The notes beneath the pieces were generated by a model. It had not been told where the DNA came from. It was given only the letters and a program-made list of their open reading frames with translations, and ran no database searches. The translations under genes and the position numbers were made by a program. A DNA stretch of 64,000 nt, from positions 224,001 through 288,000 of the forward strand of contig CM000435.1 in assembly GCA_000165345.1 (NCBI GenBank), in the 5' to 3' direction. Numbering within the stretch: the first letter of the stretch is position 1; every line of letters starts with the position of its first letter. Below are positions 50,498-60,700 of the stretch, one piece after another.

Positions 50498-52525
50498 TTA
50501 AAAATCACTATATCTTGATCTAATTATTTGTGGAGTACTACTATTATCCATTCCCTTACTATTCTGGGAGTTTTTTAATACATTATTACGACTAATTGTA
50601 CCAGTGTATTTTGGAATTCTTGAAACTTTTGATGAAGAATTCCTTGAAGAAGGAGAATCTGAAACAATATTCAAAGTAGAGGATATACTTGGAATCCTAG
50701 AACCCGATAATTCATATACCCCTGAAACTGGTACCTTTCTTAAAACTTTCTTTTCAACCAAATTCTTACCTTTATAAAGCTCTTTAACCTTTGAAGTTAC
50801 CTTATCCAATTCTATATCAGTTCCTTTTGATGGTACTATACTTTTACTTTTTCTTTTTAAATATGGCTTTGGCTTAATTTGATTAATAATTCTATAAGTT
50901 ACTCCCTGATTCTCTGTATTATATTCATCACTTCCATACCCATTTTGATCAATTATCGAATCCCCAAACTCCTGAATTGGAGTATAATACTCTCCACAAT
51001 CATTTCCTTCTTTACAAGATCCATGTATTAAACTGTTTGGAGTAAAGTAAATATTGGGATTACTTCCCCCTTCTCTTAATGTATTTGGAGTTATTTTATC
51101 TAAAAATGGACTTTGTTCTCTAACTAATTCGCCCGTCTTTCTTCTTATTCCTGGAGTTAAATCAAATCCAATAGCTCTTGCAATAATATTATTTTTGTTA
51201 TTAATCATATCTTTTGAATCTGACTTATTTTGAATCATATCCAATATTTTGTCAGTTTTTACACCCAAATAAGTAGAAATTTCTTCCAAAGAATTGGATT
51301 TCACCAAACTATAAGGAATATAAATACTATCAAATATTTCATCACTACTAGACTCTAAAGTCTTATTTCCATTATCCTGATCACAATCCTTTTCTAACAA
51401 CCTTTTTCCACCAACTCCACTTTTTTGTGAGAAATTTTGATCAACAAGATCATCATTCCTATCCATAATTTTATTAGACTTATAAAATAATCCATTTTTA
51501 TGAATCTTTTCGTTATATTTTGTCTCAAATCTCTTAGGGAGTGAACCTTTCCTTTCTATTAGCTTCCTTGAAATATCTTTTTTACTTGTCTCTCTAGCAT
51601 TAAGAATATCTGAAACCCAATTCTTTCCATTATTTCCCTTTAAAGAATTATTAACCTCTAAAATATACTTAGTCTTGAAATCATAAACCTGCTCATACAT
51701 TGCATCTAACCAACTAGTACTATTATTATTAGTACTAGAACCTTGAAATACTTTTGATTCCTCATCTAATATTAGGTCATACAAGTCTATAATAGATAAG
51801 AGAATTTTGTGTATGTTGTAACCCAAATAGATCTTACCAAAACTATAAATAAATCCATCACTATTACTTGTCTTCAATAATGTTATTCCTTGTAAACTTC
51901 CTCTTAATATTGACCTTGTTTTATATCCCTTCCAAACTGAATGTAATTTGTTACATATTTGACTCCTTTCTTGTCTAAGATAAGAAATACATAGGGAAAA
52001 TGGAATATTTGGAATTATGGATTGATCTTTGTTGTTTTTTTGAATAATATCTTCATCAAATTTCTCTTGTAATACCAAAGTATCATTATCATGTTGATCC
52101 TTTTTAATTGGCATTAAATCAATCATATACTCTTTTATCTGAAAGTCATCTTCCACAGAATTCTTTTCCATTCCTATTAGCTTATCATTAGAATTAATCA
52201 AAGAAGTATATCTTGACTTTGGAATTGATTGAACAGAATTGGATAGCATAATCAACTTTCTCTCTTTTGAATGATGAATCAAAATATTATCAGGCTTTTG
52301 AGCTAAATGAGTACCAAAAGAAGACTTCTCAGCCTTATGATAATCGTTAGATCCAAAAGAATCAATACTCCATCTACCTTTATTATCTATTCCTTCATTA
52401 TTATTTCTAGTCGTCACTACTGACCTCAAAGTGTCAATACTCGAAAGAGAATCTTTACCTCTTTTAATTGGAGTATCAAAACTAAAAGCTGAATATCTTT
52501 TGTTGTCCATATTTACTTCAAACAC
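50498..52525 (-). CDS. Hypothetical 675-aa protein with an IQ-like calmodulin-binding motif and low-complexity regions.
   Basis: Long ORF. LHSVWKGYKTRSILRG fits the IQ consensus [ILV]QxxxRGxxxR with Q to H. No other assignable domain. Confidence 0.5.
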   Translation of the reverse strand: MFEVNMDNKRYSAFSFDTPIKRGKDSLSSIDTLRSVVTTRNNNEGIDNKGRWSIDSFGSNDYHKAEKSSFGTHLAQKPDNILIHHSKERKLIMLSNSVQSIPKSRYTSLINSNDKLIGMEKNSVEDDFQIKEYMIDLMPIKKDQHDNDTLVLQEKFDEDIIQKNNKDQSIIPNIPFSLCISYLRQERSQICNKLHSVWKGYKTRSILRGSLQGITLLKTSNSDGFIYSFGKIYLGYNIHKILLSIIDLYDLILDEESKVFQGSSTNNNSTSWLDAMYEQVYDFKTKYILEVNNSLKGNNGKNWVSDILNARETSKKDISRKLIERKGSLPKRFETKYNEKIHKNGLFYKSNKIMDRNDDLVDQNFSQKSGVGGKRLLEKDCDQDNGNKTLESSSDEIFDSIYIPYSLVKSNSLEEISTYLGVKTDKILDMIQNKSDSKDMINNKNNIIARAIGFDLTPGIRRKTGELVREQSPFLDKITPNTLREGGSNPNIYFTPNSLIHGSCKEGNDCGEYYTPIQEFGDSIIDQNGYGSDEYNTENQGVTYRIINQIKPKPYLKRKSKSIVPSKGTDIELDKVTSKVKELYKGKNLVEKKVLRKVPVSGVYELSGSRIPSISSTLNIVSDSPSSRNSSSKVSRIPKYTGTISRNNVLKNSQNSKGMDNSSTPQIIRSRYSDF

Positions 52526-52799
52526 TCTTCTATCTTCACCCTTTTACAATATCAAGATTATAAACCAATCAATTAGTAATTGTAAAAATAAAATAATAGA
52601 AAAAAAAATCAATAGTTTCAAAGAAGTAAATACTCGAGGAACAAATTTCCATATATAAACTTATGATTTTAAATGGGTAAACTTTTATAGACACTATTTA
52701 TTCATCTCCTGCTACATAAACAAATTTCTCTTTTATTTGTATATTTTTTTTCTATTTTCGCCCTTCCACAATTTTTACTTATTGCATGCAAACCACATG

Positions 52800-54029
52800 C
52801 TAGCCCGCCAGCGCCAAATGTTGTGGTGATAAACTTCTACTAAAAGACCTATATCTGGATACTGTAGAAGGTGAGCGAGATCTTCTTGGCTTTCTATATC
52901 TATGTTTTTTCTTTCTTTCAAGACTGTCTAGTTCGGCAAGATTTCTTACTGAGCTAGAATAAGCTTCTCTTTTTACCTTTTTTTTTGAACTTTTTTGTTT
53001 ATAATTGTTAAAATATGAATTTCGGGACTTAGAGTAAGAATTTGATCTGGACCTGGAATATGAATTAGATTTGGATTGGGAGCTAGATGGGGAATTGGAA
53101 TAGGAACGAGAATTAGAGTAGGAGTGCGGACTGGAATTAGAATGTGAACGGGAACAGGAATAGGAATAGGAATGAGAGCGTGGCTTTGGAGAGGATTCAA
53201 AATAAGATTTTGAATTCATTTGAGATTGGAGACCTAATTTGCGTCTTATTTGAGCCTTATTAACTCCCTCAAATTCATCAATGTTATCTTGGTTGTCTTT
53301 GTTATAATTCCCAAAATCTTCCCTCAAGTTTTCAAAGTTCCTTTGACCTAAACCATCCTCATTATTAACTTCCTGTGTAAATATATCACCTTTTTTTGAG
53401 GAAACTCCTTCTCTTCTCTCATTTCTCTCTCTCTCCTGTTCATTTTCCCAATCTTCATTAGTCATCTTGTTTCTAAATGTGATTTCATTCCTGCTTCTCT
53501 TGTTATTATATCTTTGTTTATATCTCCCTCTTGTTGGTTTATCTAGTCCCAAAGCACTTCTGAATACTTTAAGTTCTTCTTCTTTGAGTCTAGATAATTG
53601 GTTAGAATCCAACTTATCGACATTGTCACCAAATTGAGAACTAACAAATCCTATTTCTTTGCGGGAATCAAAGCTACCATTACAATCCTTATAATTTCTA
53701 ATAGAATTAGAATTCTTTTTCAGTAATAAAGCTAATTCTTCACGTTTTCTATCTACAGCTTCTTCCAAGTCAGCCCCTTTAAGACCTTTTGACTCTTGTT
53801 CTTCAGTAAACTGTAAAATTTCCAATTCCATCTTTCTCAATTTCTCATGTTCTATAAGTTCTGGATCATGTCTTGTTGTTCGAGGAATTCTTGGTCCTGA
53901 TTTTGAATTTATACCATCTTTATTGTTTTTTCTTTCCCATTGTTTAGGAATATAAGCTGATAGATTCTTCTGTACATGACCACTAGTTCCTGAACCTCTT
54001 GCAGTTCTAAGCCCCACTCCATTATACAT
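52800..54029 (-). CDS. CWC21: Cwc21/SRRM2 N-terminal-domain protein with a C-terminal RS domain (spliceosome, NTC-associated).
   Basis: MYNGVGLRTARGSGTSGHVQKNLS matches the cwf21 start of human SRRM2 and yeast Cwc21 ([24 protein letters not shown]). The C-terminus is RS/SY dipeptide-rich (SRSHSNSSPHSYSNSRSYSNS...RSRSNSYSKSR). Confidence 0.8.
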   Translation of the reverse strand: MYNGVGLRTARGSGTSGHVQKNLSAYIPKQWERKNNKDGINSKSGPRIPRTTRHDPELIEHEKLRKMELEILQFTEEQESKGLKGADLEEAVDRKREELALLLKKNSNSIRNYKDCNGSFDSRKEIGFVSSQFGDNVDKLDSNQLSRLKEEELKVFRSALGLDKPTRGRYKQRYNNKRSRNEITFRNKMTNEDWENEQERERNERREGVSSKKGDIFTQEVNNEDGLGQRNFENLREDFGNYNKDNQDNIDEFEGVNKAQIRRKLGLQSQMNSKSYFESSPKPRSHSYSYSCSRSHSNSSPHSYSNSRSYSNSPSSSQSKSNSYSRSRSNSYSKSRNSYFNNYKQKSSKKKVKREAYSSSVRNLAELDSLERKKKHRYRKPRRSRSPSTVSRYRSFSRSLSPQHLALAG

Positions 54030-54262
54030 CCTCCCAAATAATTGTTCTACCTTATTCTACCTCACCTTTATCTTACTTAATTACTATTAAGTCTTCTTAT
54101 ATAGTATCGTTTCAAACCTTTCTTTCTAATTTAAGTAATAATGCCGCCCCCCTCCTTCCTTCTCTTTTCTGTTATTTGCGCTTAAAGAACCTTTTGATTA
54201 TTATCAAATACTTCTTTACCTTATGTTTCTTTGCATTATTTTGCTTTAACTCTGTTTACTAT

Positions 54263-54304
<42 letters not shown>

Positions 54305-54597
54305 CTTGTAATAACATCCAACATTACCTAGTAACAATCTGCATAAAAGTGGTGGCGCTTATTTAAGAAAAATATTTGAAATCTTAAAATCATTAAAAAC
54401 TATTAAAGGAAAAAATAAGATGTGAACAAAATAATCCCAAAAGACTTGAAGAAATTTTACGCAAAAGATATTACTCGTTTCTTACAATTTACCTTATTAG
54501 ATATGTCAAAATCAATTTTTTTTTCATCCAAAATCCTCTTTTTTTTAATATATAGATTATATTAAATATTTGTCTCAAGCCTAATAATAATACTCTT

Positions 54598-54625
54598 GCG
54601 CGCCAAAAATTTGCATGCATACCCA
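54598..54625. promoter_or_regulatory. GCGCGCCAAAAATTTGCATGCATACC: an E2F-like motif adjacent to a TGCATGCA (ApiAP2-type) motif.
   Basis: Intergenic between Cwc21 (upstream side) and the CCCH gene 3' end. Confidence 0.4.
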
Positions 54626-55029
54626 AATTTGTCATTAAACTCTCAAATAAATAAAAAATTTGAAAAAATGGTGTAAAATGAATTTAAAATAGAAAAACGA
54701 AAAGAAGGAACAGAAAATAATTCCTTAAAATATATATAATAAACTAAAAAAGCAATCAATAAAATAGTGGAAAAGCTTTGATATTCTCACAAGTACCGAT
54801 CGTTAACCAATAACCATTCAAAAATGTCTAGATTTCAATTAAAATTTTAAAAAAAAAAACACCACTCTAAATTATGAACAAATCCAATAGTTAAACATTA
54901 CAAACCTTGCTGATAAAAATTCAATCATGAAAGTCTTGTACTGAAATTTTAGTATAAGAAATAATACAAACAGGCTATTTTGAAGCCAAGTTTCGCTTCA
55001 ATTGCGGATAAATAATTTGCTTGAAATGC

Positions 55030-56769
55030 TTAAATTGACAAAAAATGTACTTTTGCAGACTTCATATCCTCGGAAGGGATCAGAATGGCAGGGACTTCTC
55101 CAGTTGAAAGAGAGGAAATTTCTGCAGAATCTAGAAATTTGATTTTAACCAAAATTGGGGAATGAGTAACTTCTGAGCTGTTAGTAAATTGACTAACTTT
55201 TGAAAAAAATCCTTCAGATGGAACCACATCTGCGACGTTCTTAAAATAGTCTAAACAGTTTATCTCATCCCTCTTTTTTTCTGAAACAATACTTGATGGC
55301 GGACAATTATGTCCTGTGGCTGAACCACTATGATTATCAGTATTACAGTTAAATAAGCTATTGAGCATATGCCCAGGAGAATGTTTTAAAACCTGATGGT
55401 TTTGAAGCTTGTTATTTAATACTCCTCCAAGAAAATCATCGCCAAAACTCAAATCTGAGATGTTAGAAACCAAAGAATTTGAGCTATCCTCCATCCGTTT
55501 CAAGGAACAAAATGAAGATAAGTCTGTTTCATTTGATCTTAAGTCCAGAAGCTGCTTTTCAGAGTCGTCATCTTGGAACCTATTTTTAATAATACTGGCA
55601 GAAGATAATCCAGGATCCTTATCAAGACCAACAAGGCCAAAAATGTTGTCTTGAGACGTATTCAATTGATCACTCTTAGAGTTAGAGTCCCAACTTCTTA
55701 AGTTATTAAGAGATGAAGAACCCCTAATACACGGAACATTTGTAATATCGCTATTTTGATTATCATGGAAAGAATTAAACTGGGGTGGAAGAGGTTGAGG
55801 TTGAGGATGTGAATGGTTTTGTAAGTTAGGATGAGATTGAGAATTTGAAAAGCATTCACCTTTTCTGAAAATATCATCACAGCTGTAATTCCGCTTCATT
55901 CTGTGATCTCCCTCACCTTCTTGGTCAATATATCTCAAAATTGGCGGTAAAGTTTTTGCTTGTATTGATTGAGTATTAAATCCCAATCCTGTTCTAGAAT
56001 TTGAATGAAGATTTGAATGTGAGTGTGATTGTCTCATTTTTCCTAGTGAAGAGACTGGTTGTCCTGAGCTTGAGTATACTAAAGGAGGGGGAGGAGGGAC
56101 TTGAAATAGAAATCGGCTATTTTCATTAAATTTGTTGCTCCTTAGTGGCAGAATTAGATCATCTTCTCGTATTGAAGGCGGAAGTTGATCATCTTTTCGT
56201 CTAAGTAAATGTTTGTTTGTCTTTTTTCTAAGCTCTGCCTCTCCATGTGCATGTCTACACAAAACTCCAGCATCGCATTTAACACCCATCTTCCAGTATC
56301 TACATACTGAAGTCTTATAAAAGTCATTAGTAACTCTAAGTTCAGTAGTACCGTGAGCAAAAGGACAATTCTCTCCAATACTGCAAGCAGAACTTAACCA
56401 AAATGGGCATAATTTAGTCTTTTTTAAGTTTACAGGAGTCCTTAAATCTTCACTTCCATGGGCAAACCTACAATTGTCTCCATTTTTACAAGCTCCTTTT
56501 GAAAACATCAAACAAAGCTTTGTCTTCCAGTATTGATTATGAGACTCCTCGCTTCCTTCCGTATCAACGTCAGCTGTTACAGAGTCATCTTGGCCATCAA
56601 ACCTACTTCCCAACGTATTGTTTCCATCAACCCCACCAGAAACTAAGCTTTCTATTATTCTCTCTCCATTATTCCTTGTTAAGTTTCCATTCAAGCCACC
56701 CAATGATATCATTGATGGGATTGGCTCAGTGGAAACGCCATATAAATTTGTGTTAAAAGCGTTATCCAT
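55030..56769 (-). CDS. Tandem CCCH zinc-finger protein (three C-x8-C-x5-C-x3-H fingers) with a long Ser/Asn/Pro-rich C-terminal region.
   Basis: KLCLMFSKGACKNGDNCRFAHG, KLCPFWLSSACSIGENCPFAHG and SVCRYWKMGVKCDAGVLCRHAHG. Confidence 0.8.
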   Translation of the reverse strand: MDNAFNTNLYGVSTEPIPSMISLGGLNGNLTRNNGERIIESLVSGGVDGNNTLGSRFDGQDDSVTADVDTEGSEESHNQYWKTKLCLMFSKGACKNGDNCRFAHGSEDLRTPVNLKKTKLCPFWLSSACSIGENCPFAHGTTELRVTNDFYKTSVCRYWKMGVKCDAGVLCRHAHGEAELRKKTNKHLLRRKDDQLPPSIREDDLILPLRSNKFNENSRFLFQVPPPPPLVYSSSGQPVSSLGKMRQSHSHSNLHSNSRTGLGFNTQSIQAKTLPPILRYIDQEGEGDHRMKRNYSCDDIFRKGECFSNSQSHPNLQNHSHPQPQPLPPQFNSFHDNQNSDITNVPCIRGSSSLNNLRSWDSNSKSDQLNTSQDNIFGLVGLDKDPGLSSASIIKNRFQDDDSEKQLLDLRSNETDLSSFCSLKRMEDSSNSLVSNISDLSFGDDFLGGVLNNKLQNHQVLKHSPGHMLNSLFNCNTDNHSGSATGHNCPPSSIVSEKKRDEINCLDYFKNVADVVPSEGFFSKVSQFTNSSEVTHSPILVKIKFLDSAEISSLSTGEVPAILIPSEDMKSAKVHFLSI

Positions 56770-57074
56770 CTTTGCTTCGGAATTGTTTATTGTAGAGTCA
56801 GGGAATCATTAAAAACTTTATCACAAAAAAAAAAAATTTACTCAAATTTCACGTTTCAAAGCTCAATTCCTTCCCCAAGACCTTATACTAATATTTCTCT
56901 CAGTCTCACGTTTTCTTTACTTCAGTACCTCAGCTATCAAGTTACTCCTCATTAAAATCACTCAGAAACTTTGATTTACTGTATTTCCTGAGAGAAAATT
57001 AAAGTTTTTATTTTTTTTTTTTTTTAAATATTTATTAATCAATTCTTTGAGGCTATTGTCAAATTACCCCAAAA

Positions 57075-57261
57075 TTTTTGGCGCCCTTCTGAAATCCTTT
57101 TTTTAATATCTCAGAATTCTTTTATCGGCAAATATAAAGAAAAAAAAATTTTACTTTAGGCAAATAATTTTTGATTGTGCGCGCCATTCGCCCCCCACTT
57201 TTGAGCGTGATAATTTTTTTTGGCTCCAAATTGAATTTTGCCCAAATGCCGGTACTAATGA
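57075..57261. promoter_or_regulatory. Cluster of GC-rich motifs in the CCCH / bromodomain divergent promoter: TTTTGGCGCCC, GCGCGCCATTCGCCCCCC and GCCGGTACTAATG.
   Basis: Three GC islands within 190 bp of otherwise AT-rich spacer. TTTGCCCGGGAAAA follows at about 57290. Confidence 0.4.
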
Positions 57262-57785
57262 AAAAAAAAACATTTAAAAAAATTTTGATAAATTTGCCCG
57301 GGAAAAATTAGCTCAAGAATTTCTACGTAATAGGAAATTAACTGTGGTAAAGATAGATCCTCCCAGAACAAACCCAGTATAAAAGTTCTCAATTCATTTA
57401 GGTGGGGTCGCTTTTGTCTATATTTGAGCTTCATCTCTGTAGGGGAAGTTAAAGCTACCCCTAAAGATTGAAGCTAAAGATTATTATTGCCAAGACTGAG
57501 ATTTTGCCAAAATACTGTGGAATATTTAAATTAATTGTTCACTATCAAGTTTCAAGAACAAAGGAATTCATCATTATAAGATTAATATTTTTGTTTATTC
57601 TTCTCTCGGGTTTATATTCGTTCTTTCAGTGCTAAGCAAGCTTTATGCCAAAACCAAAATCTTCCGGTACCAAGTGCTAAAGTCTCAGATTTGTGAACTT
57701 TGCAAGCCCATTTGGGTTTTTCCCTGCCTACTACCTGTAAAACTTCCAGGCCCTGGAAAAACTTTGATTAGAGTTACTATCTGAA

Positions 57786-60700
57786 ATGAATGAAATCTTG
57801 GAGAATAAAATTACAAATGGCAACCCAGTTCCTAACTCTGATGAGGAGAGATCCTTGGGAATAGATCAAGAGTCTTATTCAGAAATTTCTGCCCCACAAA
57901 AACCTAAAATAGAGGGAAAAGAAGAAACAGGATATGGCCAAGGCCTAAACAAGGAACAAGATCAGAACCTAGAGCAAGATCAGGAACAAGATCATGTACA
58001 AGAACAAGATCAGGAACAGGAACAGGAACAGGAACAGGAACAGGAACAGGAACAAGATCAAGATCAAGATCAAGATCGTGAACAAGAGCAAGATCAGGAA
58101 GGAGCAGCCAGCGAAAGAATCGAAGGAAAAACCTATAGTCAAAAGACGGATGGGGACGCCTCTTCTGTTGTAACACAAACTAGTCAAAATGCGGTATCGG
58201 AAATTCGTATACCGAGAGGGAGAGGAAGACCTCCAAGAAATGCGAATAGAGCAGATATTGGTCCATCTGGACTAGTTAGTATAACTTCAATCTGGGCAGA
58301 CGATGATAAGCCTAAAGGGAAGAGAGGTCGCCCAAGACTCCGTCCTTTGGAGCCAGAAGAGAAAGTTGAGCCAGAAGCAGCTCCTAATAAGCCTCTAAAA
58401 GTGAAACGTCCAAAGGGGCCGAAGGACATTATGTATGAAATCATCCATAGACTTTACAAAAGAGACAAACAGCAGATCTTTGCGGAGCCTGTTAATGCTG
58501 AGTTTGTTCCAGATTACTACCAAGTGATCAAAAACCCTATGGACTTCTCTACTATGAGGAAGAAAGTATCCCAAGATGAGTACAAGGATTTTGATTCATT
58601 TGTTGATGATATTAAGCTGATCATTACTAACTGCTATACATATAATAAAATAGGTACTATGGTATATAGAATGGGATTGATTTTGGAAGAAACTTGGGAT
58701 AAGAGTCTAGAAGGGAGTAGGGCTAGATATGAGCAATCCATAAAGAATGTTGAGGAATACGAAGAGAAGAAGAAAGCTGGTGAGATTATTAGTGACTCTG
58801 AGCCTGAGTCCCAACCAGTCTGGAATAACACTCCCACATCTCCTCCAACTGTGGAATCGCCAAATTCATCTAATCAAAGGTCAATGGTAACCAGAAGAAT
58901 GGAAGCTAGGCTTTCAAGCTCACATTCACCCTGGATATCTAAAGGAAGTGGAGGACCTGGTGCTATAGGTGGTTCTTCTGGAGCTGGATCAGGAATTCCT
59001 GGGGAAAGAGATTCAAGCACAGGACCAGATTTTATGAGTAGAAGAGCCTTAGGAGGGCACCCATTTGGAGGCTCCATGGCTTATAGGGGAGGAGAGCTTG
59101 GAAGGCATCCGCCATACCCAGGAGGAGTCCCTGGCCAAGTTCACCAAAATACTAAGCCAAAAGGTCCCACTCTTGCGGACATTTGTAAAGGAGGTGTGAC
59201 ATCAATCAAGGAAAATCTTGAGAAGCTCAAGATTGATAGATTTGAACCATTCAATTCTTTAATTAAACAACTAGCAACTCAGCCATGTATCAGAACTCCT
59301 ACTGTAGATGACTGGTATGTCTTTGATAAGCAACTTTCTGAGATCCAATACCGTAATTCTGTTAAGAGATTTATAGGAGATGATAGTATTCAAGCTCTGA
59401 AGAAAATCATGGATATAGAAACTGCACTCTTGGAAATTGATCCTCATCCAGCTATTTCCAAACTCCCTTTAAGTGACACTAGACTTCTTGGAATAGATAC
59501 TGATGACTTTGCCCCATTCAACCAGAACCTATCAGTAGATGGAAGCTTTCTTTTGGGAGTTGGTGATAACCACATTAAAGTTGCACTAACACTCCAAGAT
59601 GAGGTTCCCTCCCTTGACCTTACTCCCCTAAAAGAGCTCGTAACAAAGTACACTCAACATCCTCTCTCCACACAATCAAATGGCGCGAGCGCCAATATTT
59701 CACAGGGTCCCTTCCCTAACTCTTCTGGAGTCTCAGTGAATGGCGTTTCTGCAGGTGCTGGAGCCGGATTAGGGGGCGGAGTTGGATCAGGAACTGCCCA
59801 CATTGGTTTTCCAAAACCCTCTCTTGGAGGAGGAACCAATCAAGGAGGCCTTCACGCGTCACTCTCTCACTTACAAACCAGCGAGACTAAGCCCGAACTT
59901 CCTCCTTCCCAAAGGCCAGCTATGGCGGGTAATGAAATCAAAGGCCAAGATCTTAAGTCTATGCATTACAATGGATTTGGTGTTCATCGAGGAGAGGTAT
60001 TGCCAGGCACTACAGAAACCTCTGGTGTGAGTAACGTCCCTCTTTCCCAAGTAGGTCAGACCCACGCTCATGGGAGAATTGCTTACAAGCACGGATATCC
60101 CCCATCCTTAGGATCTGGCCCTGGATCAGGGACAGGATCTATGCCCATATCTATGCCTGTTAGTGGAACTCCTGGAAAGCCGAGTGTCCCTGGAACTTCC
60201 GGAGTAGGAAACTCAAACAGCTATTATGAAGTTTGTCCTCCAGCTAAGGTCCAAAAGTTTGAGCAATCTCATTATCCTACTCATAGTGGTGCATCCCATG
60301 CGTTCCCTTCTTCTCACTCAGTTATACCGCCACATTCAGTGCATACAGTGCATCCGACTCAGACTTCGGCTATCCCTAAACAAGGAGTGCAAGCAACAGC
60401 TCCTCCCAGTGGTGGTAATAAACCTGGTGTCCCTTTGAACTATAATCAAGTTCATGGGCGGGGGATACAGCATGGAGGTCAAATGCATGCGCAAGGGCAT
60501 GGTCCGGGAGCTGGGCTTGGACATTTAAATGGGCATCGTATACAGAGTACCAATTTAGTAGCAAATCCCACAAACTCTAACAATGTTTCTCCTGTTAGTG
60601 TTGGAAATAATACAAATCAGAATATGAGAGTCTCCGCCTCGAGTCCTACCGCTACCACCTCTACTAGCAATGCTCACTTGAGTGTTAATTTGAATATGGC

